Shown: positions 20,481-30,750, counted from the first letter of the stretch. The stretch: 64,000 nucleotides of DNA from an uncultured Candidatus Rokubacteria bacterium (GCA_963826115.1 CAWGVS010000010.1:541444-605443), one strand, 5' to 3'. The notes: generated from the sequence alone by a model not told the origin. Program-made: numbers and translations.

Positions 20481-20719
20481 GCCCGGGGCTCGGTGGTGGC
20501 CCCGGTGGGCACCCAGGGAGGACCGGAGCGGCCGGGCCCGACACCGGGCCACGTCATCGGCGACCTCGCCGCGTGGGATCACACATTGGGGTATCCACTC
20601 CGATGGAGAGTGGGGACGCAACATGATAGCTGGCGGGGCCTCACGGCGGAAGCCGAAACGGCCGGGGCGAGATCGACTCGCGGTGGCTCGTGCCGAGGCC
20701 CAGCACGAGCCGGCCCGGT

Positions 20720-20843
20720 CGCGCCCGACTGGCGAGAGGCGCTCGACCGGATGCGCGGCTCGGTGGTCTTCTACGCCGGCTTCTTCACGCGCTACAACCG
20801 GCCGCTGGCCGAGAGCGGGTTTGCCGACGCCTCGCGCGCCATG
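20720..20843 (+). pseudogene. Internal fragment of an LLM-class oxidoreductase
   Basis: Translates as REALDRMRGSVVFYAGFFTRYNRPLAESGFADA with no start or flanking domain. Confidence 0.45.
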
Positions 20844-20916
20844 GATGGCGTGTGCCCCGGAATTGCGGTACAAGAATCCTCGTGGAAGCCCCCGGGCGTC
20901 TTCCTGAGGTCTAGCC

Positions 20917-21747
20917 ATGGCGCGCATCATCGGCGGGATCGGCACGTCGCACGTCCCCACCATCGCGATGGCCTTCGACCGGGGGAAGCAGGAGGACCCG
21001 GACTGGCAGCCCCTGTTCCAGGGCTACGCGCCGGTGGCGAGGTGGCTCGCCGAGAAGAAGCCGGACGTCCTCTTCTTCTGCTTCAACGACCATGCCACGA
21101 CGTTCTTCTTCGACCACTACCCGACGTTCGCGCTCGGCGTGAGCGACGAGTACCGCATCGCGGACGAGGGCACGGGGGTGCGCAAGATCCCGCCGCTCCG
21201 GGGCCACGCGGCGCTCTCGCGGCACATCGCGCGGTCCCTGGTCGACGACGAGTTCGACCTGACCATCTTCCAGGACCTGCCGCTCGATCACGGCCTCCAC
21301 TCGCCGCTCACGATGATGTGGCCGTCCCAGCCCGACTGGCCGGGGCGCGTCGTGCCGCTGGTGGTGAACGTGCTCCAGCATCCGCTGCCCAAGCCGAGCC
21401 GCTGCTACAAGCTCGGCAAGGCCATCGGCAAGGCGATCCGGTCCTATCCCGAGGACCTCACGGTGGCGATGGTCGGGACCGGAGGCCTCTCGCACCAGAT
21501 GATCGGCGAGCGCGCCGGCTTCAACGACGAGGCATGGGACCGGGAGTTCCTCGACCTGATCGACCGCGACCCGGAGCGCCTGGCGCGAATGAGCGTCGAG
21601 GACTTCGCGCGCCGGGGCGGCAACGAGGGCGCCGAGGTGATCATGTGGCTCGTCATGCGCGGCGCGCTGGACGACGGCGCGCGCAAGGTGCACGAGAACT
21701 ACTACCTTCCCATGACCACCGCGATGGCGGTCGCCCTGTTCGAATGA
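20917..21747 (+). CDS. Class III extradiol dioxygenase catalytic subunit (gallate dioxygenase / LigB type)
   Basis: MARIIGGIGTSHVPTI, NDH, LDHG, GTGGLSHQ, GAEVIMWLVMRGAL. Confidence 0.92.
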   Translation: MARIIGGIGTSHVPTIAMAFDRGKQEDPDWQPLFQGYAPVARWLAEKKPDVLFFCFNDHATTFFFDHYPTFALGVSDEYRIADEGTGVRKIPPLRGHAALSRHIARSLVDDEFDLTIFQDLPLDHGLHSPLTMMWPSQPDWPGRVVPLVVNVLQHPLPKPSRCYKLGKAIGKAIRSYPEDLTVAMVGTGGLSHQMIGERAGFNDEAWDREFLDLIDRDPERLARMSVEDFARRGGNEGAEVIMWLVMRGALDDGARKVHENYYLPMTTAMAVALFE

Positions 21748-22061
21748 GGTACGTGTTCGACCTGGAGCGAAGCGGCCGGGGGCTCCGGCTCAACCGCTTC
21801 CTTCACGACCTGGTCGTGAGCGAGAAGCGCAAGGCGTTCCTGGAGGACCCCGAGTCCGCCATGCGGAGCCTGACCGACGAGGAGAAGGACATGGTGCGCC
21901 GCCTGGACTGGAAGGCGCTGCAGGACTACGGCGCGAGCTTCTTCTGCCTGGAGAAGCTTGCGCGCACCCGGGGCGTGTCGAACCCCGAGATGGTGGCGGC
22001 GTTCCGCGGGGAGACGCTCGAGGAGTTCCTGAAGACCCGCCGGGTCCCCGGAGCGCGCTGA
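21744..22061 (+). CDS. LigA-like small subunit (equivalent to C-terminal domain of GalA/DesB)
   Basis: MRYVFDLERSGRGLRLNRFLH...YGASFFCLEKLA...AFRGETLEEFLKTR; ATGA overlap with upstream stop. Confidence 0.85.
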   Translation: MRYVFDLERSGRGLRLNRFLHDLVVSEKRKAFLEDPESAMRSLTDEEKDMVRRLDWKALQDYGASFFCLEKLARTRGVSNPEMVAAFRGETLEEFLKTRRVPGAR

Positions 22062-22062
22062 G

Positions 22063-22752
22063 ATGAACGGGACGGTGGTCCGGAGCATCCATCGGACGGA
22101 GGCGGCGACCATCGCCACCCTCGAGCGCCTCGGCGTGGCGACGGTGCACGAGGCCCAGGGTCGTACCGGTCTGATGCAGCCGTACATGCGCCCGGTGTGG
22201 CGCGGCGCGCGGGTCGCCGGCAGCGCGGTCACCGCGCTGTGCCATCCCGGCGACAACTGGATGATCCACGTCGCCTGCGAGGTGCTGAAGCCGGGCGACG
22301 TGCTGGTCGTCGCGTGCTCCAGCGAGAACACCGACGGCGGGTTCGGCGAGCTGCTGGCCACCTCCGTCAAGGCGCGCGGCGCCCGGGGCGTGATCCTCGA
22401 CATGGGCTGCCGCGACGCCGCCGACATCGGCGCGATGAAGTTCCCGGCGTGGTCGCGCGCGATCTCCGCCAAGGGCACCGTCAAGGCGAGCCTCGGCTGG
22501 GTGAACCTGCCGGTGGTGTGCGCCGGCGTGGGCGTGCGCCCGGGCGACGTGGTGGTGGCGGACGACGACGGCGTGGTGGTCGTGCCCCGCCTCGACGCCG
22601 CCAAGGTCGCCAAGGCCGGCGAGGAGCGGGAGAAGAAGGAAGCGGCCAACCGCGCCCGTCTCGAGAAGGGCGAGCTCGGCCTCGACCTCTACGACATGCG
22701 CAAGGGCCTGGCCGAGAAGGGACTCAAGTACATCGACGGTCCGCTGGATTGA
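22063..22752 (+). CDS. ligK: 4-carboxy-4-hydroxy-2-oxoadipate aldolase
   Basis: GVATVHEAQGRTGL, PGDNWMIHVA, DGGFGELLATS, GELGLDLYDMR. Confidence 0.93.
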   Translation: MNGTVVRSIHRTEAATIATLERLGVATVHEAQGRTGLMQPYMRPVWRGARVAGSAVTALCHPGDNWMIHVACEVLKPGDVLVVACSSENTDGGFGELLATSVKARGARGVILDMGCRDAADIGAMKFPAWSRAISAKGTVKASLGWVNLPVVCAGVGVRPGDVVVADDDGVVVVPRLDAAKVAKAGEEREKKEAANRARLEKGELGLDLYDMRKGLAEKGLKYIDGPLD

Positions 22753-23555
22753 AAGCGCTCCTCGGAGACTACCCCGTCACCCGGCAGTTCAAGCAGCGGT
22801 CGTCGCTCGAGTTCGCCGACGTCAGGGTCCCCAACACCGCGTTCAAGCGCGTGGTCCGGGACCTGGAGTTCGACGTCGCCGAGCTGGCGCTCATGACCTT
22901 CCTCCTCGCGAAGGCCCACGGGAAGCCCTACCGCCTCCTGCCCGCGGTGCTGACGGCGCGCTTCCAGCACGCGACGCTCGCCTACAACCCGGCGCGCGGC
23001 CCGCTCTCGCCCGACCACCTCGCCGGGAAGCGGGTGGGGATGCGCTCCTACTCGGTGACCACCGCGACCTGGGTGCGGGGCATCCTCGCCGACGACTACG
23101 GCGTCGACCTGGGGAAGGTCCGCTGGGTGACCCTCGAGGACCCCCATGTCGCGGAGTTCCGGGACCCGCCGAGCGCGACGCGCCTGCCGCCGGGCACGGA
23201 CCTGACGACGATGCTGCTGGCCGGCGAGCTCGACGCCGCCATCCTCGCCGAGCCACCGAAGGAGGGGCCGCTGCGGACCCTGATCCCCGATCCGGCGGCG
23301 GCGGCCGCCGCCTGGAAGGCGAAGCACGGCGCCATCCAGATCAACCACATGGTCACGCTCAAGAGCACGGTCTCCGACTCCCAGGCGCAGCACATCTACG
23401 CGGAGCTCGAGCGGAGCCGGGAAGCGGCGGGGAGCCCCGAGATGAACCCGTTCGGGCTCGAGGCGAACCGCCGGAACCTCGAGGTGGCGATCGACTGCAT
23501 GTGCCGCCAGGCGATGCTCCCGCGGCGCTTCGCGGTGGAGGAGCTGTTCCGATGA
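22749..23555 (+). CDS. 4,5-dihydroxyphthalate decarboxylase-like / periplasmic-binding-fold protein without signal peptide
   Basis: TTG start overlapping ligK stop; EFDVAELA, RSYSVTT..WVRGIL..DYG, INHMV, PFGLEANR. Confidence 0.75.
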   Translation: MKALLGDYPVTRQFKQRSSLEFADVRVPNTAFKRVVRDLEFDVAELALMTFLLAKAHGKPYRLLPAVLTARFQHATLAYNPARGPLSPDHLAGKRVGMRSYSVTTATWVRGILADDYGVDLGKVRWVTLEDPHVAEFRDPPSATRLPPGTDLTTMLLAGELDAAILAEPPKEGPLRTLIPDPAAAAAAWKAKHGAIQINHMVTLKSTVSDSQAQHIYAELERSREAAGSPEMNPFGLEANRRNLEVAIDCMCRQAMLPRRFAVEELFR

Positions 23556-24541
23556 TCGTCGACTGCCACGGCCACTACACCACGGCGCCGCAGGCCCTGT
23601 GGGACTGGCGGAAGCGCCAGGCGTCCGGCGAGAAGATCTCCGAGGCCGCCCTCCGGATCAGCGACGACGACATCCGCCAGAGCCTGGAGGGCGCGCAGCT
23701 CAAGCTCCAGCGCGAGCGGGGCAGCGACGTCACGTTCTTCTCGCCGCGGGCGGGCTCGATGGAGCACCACGTCGGCGACGCCGCGATCAGCGCGCAGTGG
23801 GCGCGCGCGCAGAACGACCTGATCCACCGAGTCTGCGCGCTGTATCCGAGGAACTTCGCGCCGGTGTGCATGCTGCCCCAGTCGCCGGGCGTCTCGCCGG
23901 CGAACTGCGTCGCCGAGCTCGAGCGCTGCGTGCGCGAGCTGGGATTCATCGGCTGCAACCTGAACCCCGATCCGTCGGGCGGCTGGTGGAAGGAGCCGCC
24001 GCTCACGGACCGGTGGTGGTATCCGATCTACGAGAAGATGGTCGAGCTCGACGTGCCCGCGATGGTGCACGTGAGCTCCTCGTGCAATCCGGCGTTCCAC
24101 TTCACCGGCGCGCACTACATCAACGCCGACACCACCGCGTTCATGCAGCTCGTCCAGGGAGACCTCTTCAAGGACTTCCCTCAGCTCAAGCTCGTCGTCC
24201 CGCACGGCGGGGGCGCGGTGCCGTACCACTGGGGGCGCTACCGCGGGCTCGCGCAGGACATGAAGCGGCCGCTGCTCCGTGACCACGTGCTGAGGAACGT
24301 CTACTTCGACACCTGCGTCTACCACCAGCCGGGCATCGACCTCTTGCTCAAGGTGATCCCGGTGGACAACGTCCTGTTCGCCTCCGAGATGGTCGGCGCG
24401 GTGCGCGGGATCGACCCGGAGACCGGCCACTACTTCGACGACACCAAGCGGTACATCGACGCGAGCGGGCTCGGCGCGGCCGACAAGCGCCGGATCTTCG
24501 AGGACAACGCCCGGAAGGTCTACTCGCGCTGGCGGGGCTGA
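23552..24541 (+). CDS. ligJ: 4-oxalomesaconate hydratase (amidohydrolase family)
   Basis: MIVDCHGHYTTAP, NLNPDPSGG, PHGGGAVPYHWGRYRG, FASEMVGAVRGIDPETG. Confidence 0.93.
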   Translation: MIVDCHGHYTTAPQALWDWRKRQASGEKISEAALRISDDDIRQSLEGAQLKLQRERGSDVTFFSPRAGSMEHHVGDAAISAQWARAQNDLIHRVCALYPRNFAPVCMLPQSPGVSPANCVAELERCVRELGFIGCNLNPDPSGGWWKEPPLTDRWWYPIYEKMVELDVPAMVHVSSSCNPAFHFTGAHYINADTTAFMQLVQGDLFKDFPQLKLVVPHGGGAVPYHWGRYRGLAQDMKRPLLRDHVLRNVYFDTCVYHQPGIDLLLKVIPVDNVLFASEMVGAVRGIDPETGHYFDDTKRYIDASGLGAADKRRIFEDNARKVYSRWRG

Positions 24542-24895
24542 GCGCGCAGCGGCCCCGCGCTCGCTCCCCACATCCGATCCGCGACGCTGCCATCGTGCCC
24601 GTGGAGGTGGGCCATCCCGCCCCACGGGCCACGCGGCGGACGGTTCGTCGCGGATGACCGCCTCTCTCCGTGCGACACGCGCCAACGAGTGCCGGCGAGC
24701 GCCGTGGGACCGCTTTGCTGACGACGCTCATGGGCTGCGGCGCGGATCGGCCGTGGGATCCACGTACCGCGTCGACGACGGTCCGGCCCCGGTGATCTGG
24801 ACGATGAACGTCGAGGGCAGGGAGGGCTGCGCGATCGCAGCGCTCGCGAAGAGGACGACGCCGAGCGTGGTCGGGAGGGTCCATCGCATGTCGCC

Positions 24896-24930
24896 AGTAC
24901 CGTGTCCCACAAGTTCGACCCCAGGGTAGC
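24896..24930. mobile_element. Isolated IS630-type end
   Basis: 24898-24930 is the exact 33-bp reverse complement of 27870-27902. Confidence 0.8.
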
Positions 24931-25020
24931 GTCCGCCGGGCCCATGTCGCGGTCGTCGTTGAACTGGAACGGCACGCTGATCAGCGCCGCGACCGGATTG
25001 GAGAACTGTTGGGCGAGCTC
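24931..25020 (-). pseudogene. 5' fragment of an NPVAxLISVPFQ-type outer-membrane protein, cut at the IS end
   Basis: Minus strand reads FSNPVAALISVPFQFNDDRDMGPAD and then runs into the IS end. Confidence 0.6.
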
Positions 25021-25117
25021 ATACTCGGTGGCGGCGACGGCCGGGTGGTGCCAATGGTCGTCGGCGCCGACATGATGGCGCTAAGCGCCCCGACCACTCT
25101 CGACATCCTGGACACAG

Positions 25118-27211
25118 TCAGTCGCTATCGAGAAGGCTGCCGACCTCAAACGGCTTCGGAGCCTTCGCTGGAGCCTTGGCGGCGGTTCCCGGCAGGATCT
25201 CGAAGTCGGGGGTGAATCCGACGAGGCTCGTGCGCAACTGGTCGAACCCCTTGCGGTCGCCATCGAACTTCGCCTTGCCGGCCGCGATCAGATCGTCGAA
25301 CGACGACAGTCCCATCATCACCTGGTTCAGATCCGCGCGGTTGACGGTGATCGTGAGATCCGGCTTCGGCGCCAGAAAGCCCTCGATGTTGGTCAGCGTC
25401 GCGTTGGAGACCTCGATTGCGTACTTCTCGCCGTTGTCGGGCGTGACGAGGTTGATGGAGGTCCTGATTCCCGCGGCCTTCGTCGGATCCAAGCTGATGC
25501 CCACGAAGTCGAGAAACTGGCCCGTGGTCATGGCGCGCACCACGTCCGGTCCAGTCGACCGTGCCGCTACGCCGCCCGACAGACCGGAGCGCAGTTCGAA
25601 CGCCCCCATCAGGAAGGCGTTGCGCACGCTCGTGCTTTCCGACTGGTATCCAAGCTGCTCGTAGGCGTCGGCCAGCAGATCGCGGGCTGGCCGGTTCTGA
25701 TGCTCGGCAAGCACGAGCCGGTTGAGAATCTCGACAGCGGCAAGGTACTTTCCCTGGTCCATCAAGTCCCGGCCCTTCGTCATGATCTTCGCGGAGCCAC
25801 CCATCATCTCGACGTACAGCGGCGCCGCGTCCTGCGGCGAGAGCGGGACCAGGTTGGCCGGATTGCCGTCCCAGTGGCCGAGGAAGCGGTTGACCACGCC
25901 ACGCACGTTGTTGCGCACATCGCCGTGGTAGCTGCGGGCGGCCCATTGCTGCTGGAGGCTCTCGGGCACTGTGTAGACGTTGTGGATCTCGTTGATCGTC
26001 ACGCCCTGATTGACGTAGTGCAGGGTCTGGTTGTTGAGGTTGGCGTAGGTGTCGCGCTGCGTGCGCAGCACCTCTTGGATGCGCGCGTTGCCCCAGCGCG
26101 GCCAGCTGTGCGAGGCGAACATCACCTCGGCTTCCTGGCCAAACACGTAGAGCGCGATGTTGAGCTCCTTGGACCAGTTGAGCGCATCGCGTACGCGCGC
26201 GCCGCGCAACGTGTAGATGTTGTGGATCGTCCCGGTGAGGTTCTCCGCCGTCCACAACGCCTTGAACTGCGGGAAGTAAGTGTGCGCCGCGGAGGGCGCC
26301 TCGGTGTCCGGCGTGTCCTGGAACACCATCCTGACGCCATCGAGTGTGATCTCCTCGAACCGCTTCGAGATCACATGGTTCGGCGCGATCAGCCCGACAT
26401 GGCCGGCGGGCGTGTTCTTGCCGATCGCCTGGTCCACGTGACCGAATGGGTTACGATCCAGCAACACGGCGAACTGCCACTGCGAGCGTCGCGTCATTGC
26501 GTTGCCGGCAAAGACGTTTTCCGCAACCGCCGCCTGCATAAAGTTCGATGGCGCGATCACCTTGACCTTGCCGCTCAGCACGTCGGCCTCGTCCACCACG
26601 CCGCGCACGCCGCCGAAGTGGTCGACGTGCGAATGCGAGTAGATGACGCCCACGACCGGACGTGTGCCGAGCTTCTCATTGATGAAGGCAAGCGCCGCGC
26701 GCGAGGTTTCCGTCGCCGTCCCCGGATCCATGACGATCCAGCCGGTGTCAGACTTGACGAAGGTGATGTTGGTGATGTCGAAGCCACGAACCTGGTAGAG
26801 GCGGTCGGGCACGACTTCGTACAGACCGAAGGCCATGTTGAGGATGGCCTGGCGCTGCAGCGAGGGGTGGATGCTCTCGAAGTCATTGCCCGTGAGCAGC
26901 CACTGATAGGCCTCCATGTCCCACGCGACGTTGCCAGCATCGGCCATGATCTTCTTGAACGGCGGCACCGCGATCAAGCCGCGCTTGTTTTCCTCGAGAT
27001 CCCGCTCGTCCTGGAACGGCAGCGACGCCTTGAGGCCGTTGCGAAGCGCAAGCGTGAACGTGGACGGCGGCTTGCCCCTCGGGTCGAAGTGGCCGGCGGG
27101 CGCCGCCGGCTGCTGAGCGAGCGCGTTGTTCGTCATGGCAAAGGAAACGCCAACCGCGACGGCGACGCCGGTGGCGGCCAGTCGTTTCGTGAACGAGCGT
27201 CTTGCGTTCAT
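25118..27211 (-). CDS. Alkyl sulfatase, SdsA1/BDS1 family (metallo-beta-lactamase fold plus SCP2 domain)
   Basis: Signal peptide; SIHPSLQRQ, HSHVDHFGG, HNIYTLRGA, HSWPRWG, WDGNPANL. Confidence 0.92.
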   Translation of the reverse strand: MNARRSFTKRLAATGVAVAVGVSFAMTNNALAQQPAAPAGHFDPRGKPPSTFTLALRNGLKASLPFQDERDLEENKRGLIAVPPFKKIMADAGNVAWDMEAYQWLLTGNDFESIHPSLQRQAILNMAFGLYEVVPDRLYQVRGFDITNITFVKSDTGWIVMDPGTATETSRAALAFINEKLGTRPVVGVIYSHSHVDHFGGVRGVVDEADVLSGKVKVIAPSNFMQAAVAENVFAGNAMTRRSQWQFAVLLDRNPFGHVDQAIGKNTPAGHVGLIAPNHVISKRFEEITLDGVRMVFQDTPDTEAPSAAHTYFPQFKALWTAENLTGTIHNIYTLRGARVRDALNWSKELNIALYVFGQEAEVMFASHSWPRWGNARIQEVLRTQRDTYANLNNQTLHYVNQGVTINEIHNVYTVPESLQQQWAARSYHGDVRNNVRGVVNRFLGHWDGNPANLVPLSPQDAAPLYVEMMGGSAKIMTKGRDLMDQGKYLAAVEILNRLVLAEHQNRPARDLLADAYEQLGYQSESTSVRNAFLMGAFELRSGLSGGVAARSTGPDVVRAMTTGQFLDFVGISLDPTKAAGIRTSINLVTPDNGEKYAIEVSNATLTNIEGFLAPKPDLTITVNRADLNQVMMGLSSFDDLIAAGKAKFDGDRKGFDQLRTSLVGFTPDFEILPGTAAKAPAKAPKPFEVGSLLDSD

Positions 27212-27480
27212 CGTCTTTTCCTCGGAGGCCTTGTGCGGCCTTGTTCGTCTGTGGGAGCCGACTGCCGCGGACTCCACTGTCAATGATTCCCCCAAGAGGG
27301 GCCGTCTCCCGTTTCCCAGGGGGGGGGGCCCTCCGTAGGCGCCAGGCGATGATCGTGAGCCAATTGAGCCTTCGCTCCTCCGACCCCGCGGCACCGGCCG
27401 CCGGCGACCGGGAACAGCCGCACGATGAAGGTCAGGGGCCGGGGCGGTCATCTTGTCTCCGCCCGAGGTATCGGATGGCC

Positions 27481-27501
27481 GGCGTCAAAACTGGCGTCAA
27501 A
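27481..27501. repeat. GGCGTCAAA direct repeat, 12-bp period (resembles tyrosine-integrase arm sites)
   Basis: Copies at 27481-27489 and 27493-27501. Confidence 0.5.
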
Positions 27502-27507
27502 GGGCGC

Positions 27508-27902
27508 TAGTACCGTGTCCCAGAAAGTCCACCCCACCTTACCGGTGCAAGGGGTAGCCCTTGAAGGTCCACCGGAAGGGGCGGCTGGTACGGTTCCAAT
27601 GACGGACGAAGCGGACGATCCGCTCGGCTCGGGCCTCGTAGGTCGCATCGCTGGCCGGGGCGAGGGCCTGCCGCTCGAGGATGCTGAACCAGATCTCGAC
27701 CTGATTGAGCCACGAAGCGTGCAGCGGCAGAAGCTCGAACTGGACCCGGCCATCCTGGGCCGCGACCCACGCTCGCACCGCCGTGGCCGTATGGATCGAG
27801 AGATTGTCCAGGATGATGACCAGCCGGCCGCGGGGCCATACCCGATCTTCCACGCGTTCTCACGGCTGAGCTACCCTGGGGTCGAACTTGTGGGACACGG
27901 TA
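27508..27902 (-). mobile_element. Internally deleted IS630-family element (about 395 bp) retaining both ends
   Basis: TAGTACCGTGTCCCA at left end and TGGGACACGGTA at right end; transposase C-terminus between them. Confidence 0.85.
27539..27853 (-). pseudogene. IS630 transposase C-terminal fragment
   Basis: IILDNLSIH, LPLHASWLNQVEIWFSIL, RPFRWT motifs. Confidence 0.9.
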
Positions 27903-28088
27903 GTCCTCGTGCTCGATCGTGTGGATCTGGGTTGGATGCTCGCGGGACCGGCCCGAGCGGGGTTCAGGGGATCGCGAAGCGCGCGGCCCATTCCGCGAAC
28001 GCCTTCAGGAATGTCGCGAGAAGGCCGCGCGGGGTCTCGTAGCCCTCCGGTCCGCCGCCGGGACGCGGCCGGCGCCCCTGATGGCGCA

Positions 28089-29742
28089 TCAGCGCCTCTC
28101 CGTCGGAGCGTCCGCGAGCACGGTGTGGAGCTGTGGCACCACCGCGGCGCCCTCGCCGATCGCCCCGCCCACTCGCTTCGCGGACCCGGCAGCGGACGTC
28201 GCCGATCGCGAACACGCCCGGGATGCTGGACTCGAGCGGTAGCGGGCGAGGCTGGTGGTCGTCCGCTCCCGTCCGGACGAAGCCCTCCGTGTCCAGCGCG
28301 ATCCCGCACTCCCGGAGCCAGCCCGTCGCCGGCTCGACGCCCACGAAGAGGAAGACGTGTCGGATCGGGAGCTCGGTCTCGTCGCCCGTCGTGTCGCGGC
28401 GCCAGCGCACCTGGGCGAGATGGGATCCTGGTCCGGGAGTCAGCCGGGTCATCTCGGTCCGGGGCAGGACCTCGATGTTGGTCGTCGCCTCGATGCGGTC
28501 GACGAGATAGCGCGACATGCTCGTGTCGAGGGACTCGTGCCGGACCAGGACCGACACCTTCGCGGCGAAGCCGGACAGGAACACCGCCGCCTGGCCGGCC
28601 GAGTTGCCGCCCCCGACCAGCGCCACGTGCTCCCCGCGGCAGAGACGCGCCTCGACCGGCGAGGCCCCGTACCAGACGCCGCGGCCCTCGACGGCCTCGA
28701 GGCCGGGAATGGGCGGCCGCCGGTAGCGCGCCCCGCAGGCCACGACGATCGTCCGGGCCCTGACGCGGCGCCCGTCCGTCGTCTCGAGAGTGAACGGAAA
28801 CGTCGCGCAGTCCAGTCGCGCGACGGGGCTCGGGATCACGATCTCGGCTCCGAACTTCTGCGCCTGCACGAAGGCCCGGCCGGTGAGGTCCTGGCCTGAG
28901 ATGCCCTCCGGGAAGCCCAGATAGTTCTCGATGCGCGAGCTCGCCCCCGCCTGGCCGCCGAACGACCGGCTCTCGAGCACGATCACCGACAGTCCCTCGG
29001 AGGCGGCATACACGGCCGTCGCGAGCCCCGCCGGCCCCGCGCCGACCACCGCGACGTCGTACGTCCGGTCGAGATGATCGACGCGCACCATGCCGAGGGC
29101 GCGAGCGAGATCGACCTCGGTCGGGTTCCTGAGCACCGATCCGTCGGGGCAGACCACGACCGGCAGATCGGCGTCGTTCGCCGCGTGGTGCTCGAGCAGG
29201 GCCGCCGCCTCCCGATCGACGGCGGGATCGACCACGCGATGCGGGCCGGCATTGCGGGCGAGGAACCCCTGGAGACGGACGACGTCCGGATGGACGGCTG
29301 GCCCGATCAGGACGGGGCCGCCCCCACCGGTCTCGATCAGGCCGACCCGGCGCAGGAGTAGCGCGCGCATGATCCGCTCGCCGAGCTCGGCCTCCGCGAT
29401 CAGCACGGTGCGCAGCCCGTCGGCGGGGATGACGAGCACGTCGGCGTCGCGCGTGGCTCGCGCGTCCACGAGGCGGGGCTGGCCCGCCAGCATGCCGGTC
29501 TCGGCCAGGAAGCCGCCGGCGCCGAGCTCGATGATCGGGACGACCTGGCCCAGACCGCCCCGGGCGCTGACGTCGACGGTGCCGGAGAGGAGCACGAACA
29601 TGCCGGAGCCGACGTCGCCGGTCGTGACGACCGGCTCGCCGGCCGCGTAGCGGCGGACCGTCCCGAAACGCCGAAGTCGGTCGATGTCCTCCGGGCCGAG
29701 GCTCGGAAACATCTGGCCGAGGCGAGGGTCAGGGTCGGGCAC
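28089..29742 (-). CDS. cNMP-binding domain plus thioredoxin-reductase-like FAD oxidoreductase; one-base frameshift near 28189
   Basis: cNMP domain, GAGPAG, GGQAGASSRIENYLGFP, GGGNSAGQ; after FAIGDVRC the conserved GSAKRVGGAIGEG...RR-stop continues in another frame. Confidence 0.88.
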
Positions 29743-29751
29743 GGTCCAGGC

Positions 29752-30750
29752 TCACGCGGGTCGTGCCTCGCCCGAGGGTTGCCCGCTCTCGAGCGCCGGG
29801 ATCGCCGGCGGTGTCACGCCGCGGACCGGGAAGCCCAGAGACATCCACCGCGCGACGCCCCCCTCGAGGGGGTGGACGCGCGTGATCCCTCGTCGCTCGA
29901 GCAGGAGCGCCACCCGGGCGCTCGTGGCTTCGTTGGGTCAGGCGCAGTAGAGCACCAGCTCGCGATCCCGCGGGACGTCCGCCAGGTGCTCGTCGAGCGC
30001 CTCGGCCTTGATCCAGCGGCTGCCCGGGATCGCGAACGGGGTGGCGACCACGTCGAGCGCGGTGCGGACATCGAGGATGGCCACGTCCTCCCCGGCGTCG
30101 AGCTTCTGCTTGAGCTCGTAGGGCGAGATCCGGGCGATCCGGAGCCGATGGAGGAAGAGGCGGCGCCGCACGTACTTGAGCAGCACGTAGCCGACGAGAG
30201 CCGCCACAACCAGGACTCCCGCGGTGCGCCCCAGGGAGGCGACGCGCTGGGCCACCACCTCGATGGTCTCGCTGAAGACGTAGCCCAGCCCCGCCCAGAG
30301 CCCCGCCCAGAGGAGCACGCCGGCGAGGTCGTAGAGCACGAAGCGGAGGCGGGACACGCCGAAGATCCCCGCGAGGGGCGGCATGACGGTGGTCAGGCCC
30401 GGCAGGAACTTCGCCACGAGCAGCGCGCGGACGCCGTGGCGCAGGAAAAGGTTTTCCGTCCGGCGGACGCACACGTCGGGCTCGAGCGACAGCCGGCAGA
30501 GCCCCGAGAGCACGCGCGCTCCGCGCCGGCGGCCCAGCTCGTGCCAGACGAGGTCGACGGGCAGGGTGACCACCGCGATCGCGCCGAGCACCAGCGGCAG
30601 GCTGACGCGGTCCTGCGCCGCGAGGGCGCCGACCGCCAGGAGCGCCGGGACCGCGGGGAGCGGCACCCCGACCTGCTCGGCGACGACGAGGATCGGCAAG
30701 ATGACGAAGCTGTACCGCTCGAGGAGCTGCACGCTATCGGCGAGGTTCAT
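29752..30750 (-). CDS. DedA-rhodanese fusion, predicted selenoprotein (UGA at 29938-29940 read as Sec), 332 aa
   Basis: DedA motifs (EQVGVPLP, AKFLPG); LYCA-TGA-PNEATSARVA...LEGG...W stays in frame for 61 more codons; hairpin at 29905-29923. Confidence 0.85.
29905..29923 (-). promoter_or_regulatory. Candidate bacterial SECIS element
   Basis: Sense strand GAGCGCC-CGGGT-GGCGCTC, 7-bp stem with G-rich loop, starting 14 nt after the UGA. Confidence 0.7.
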
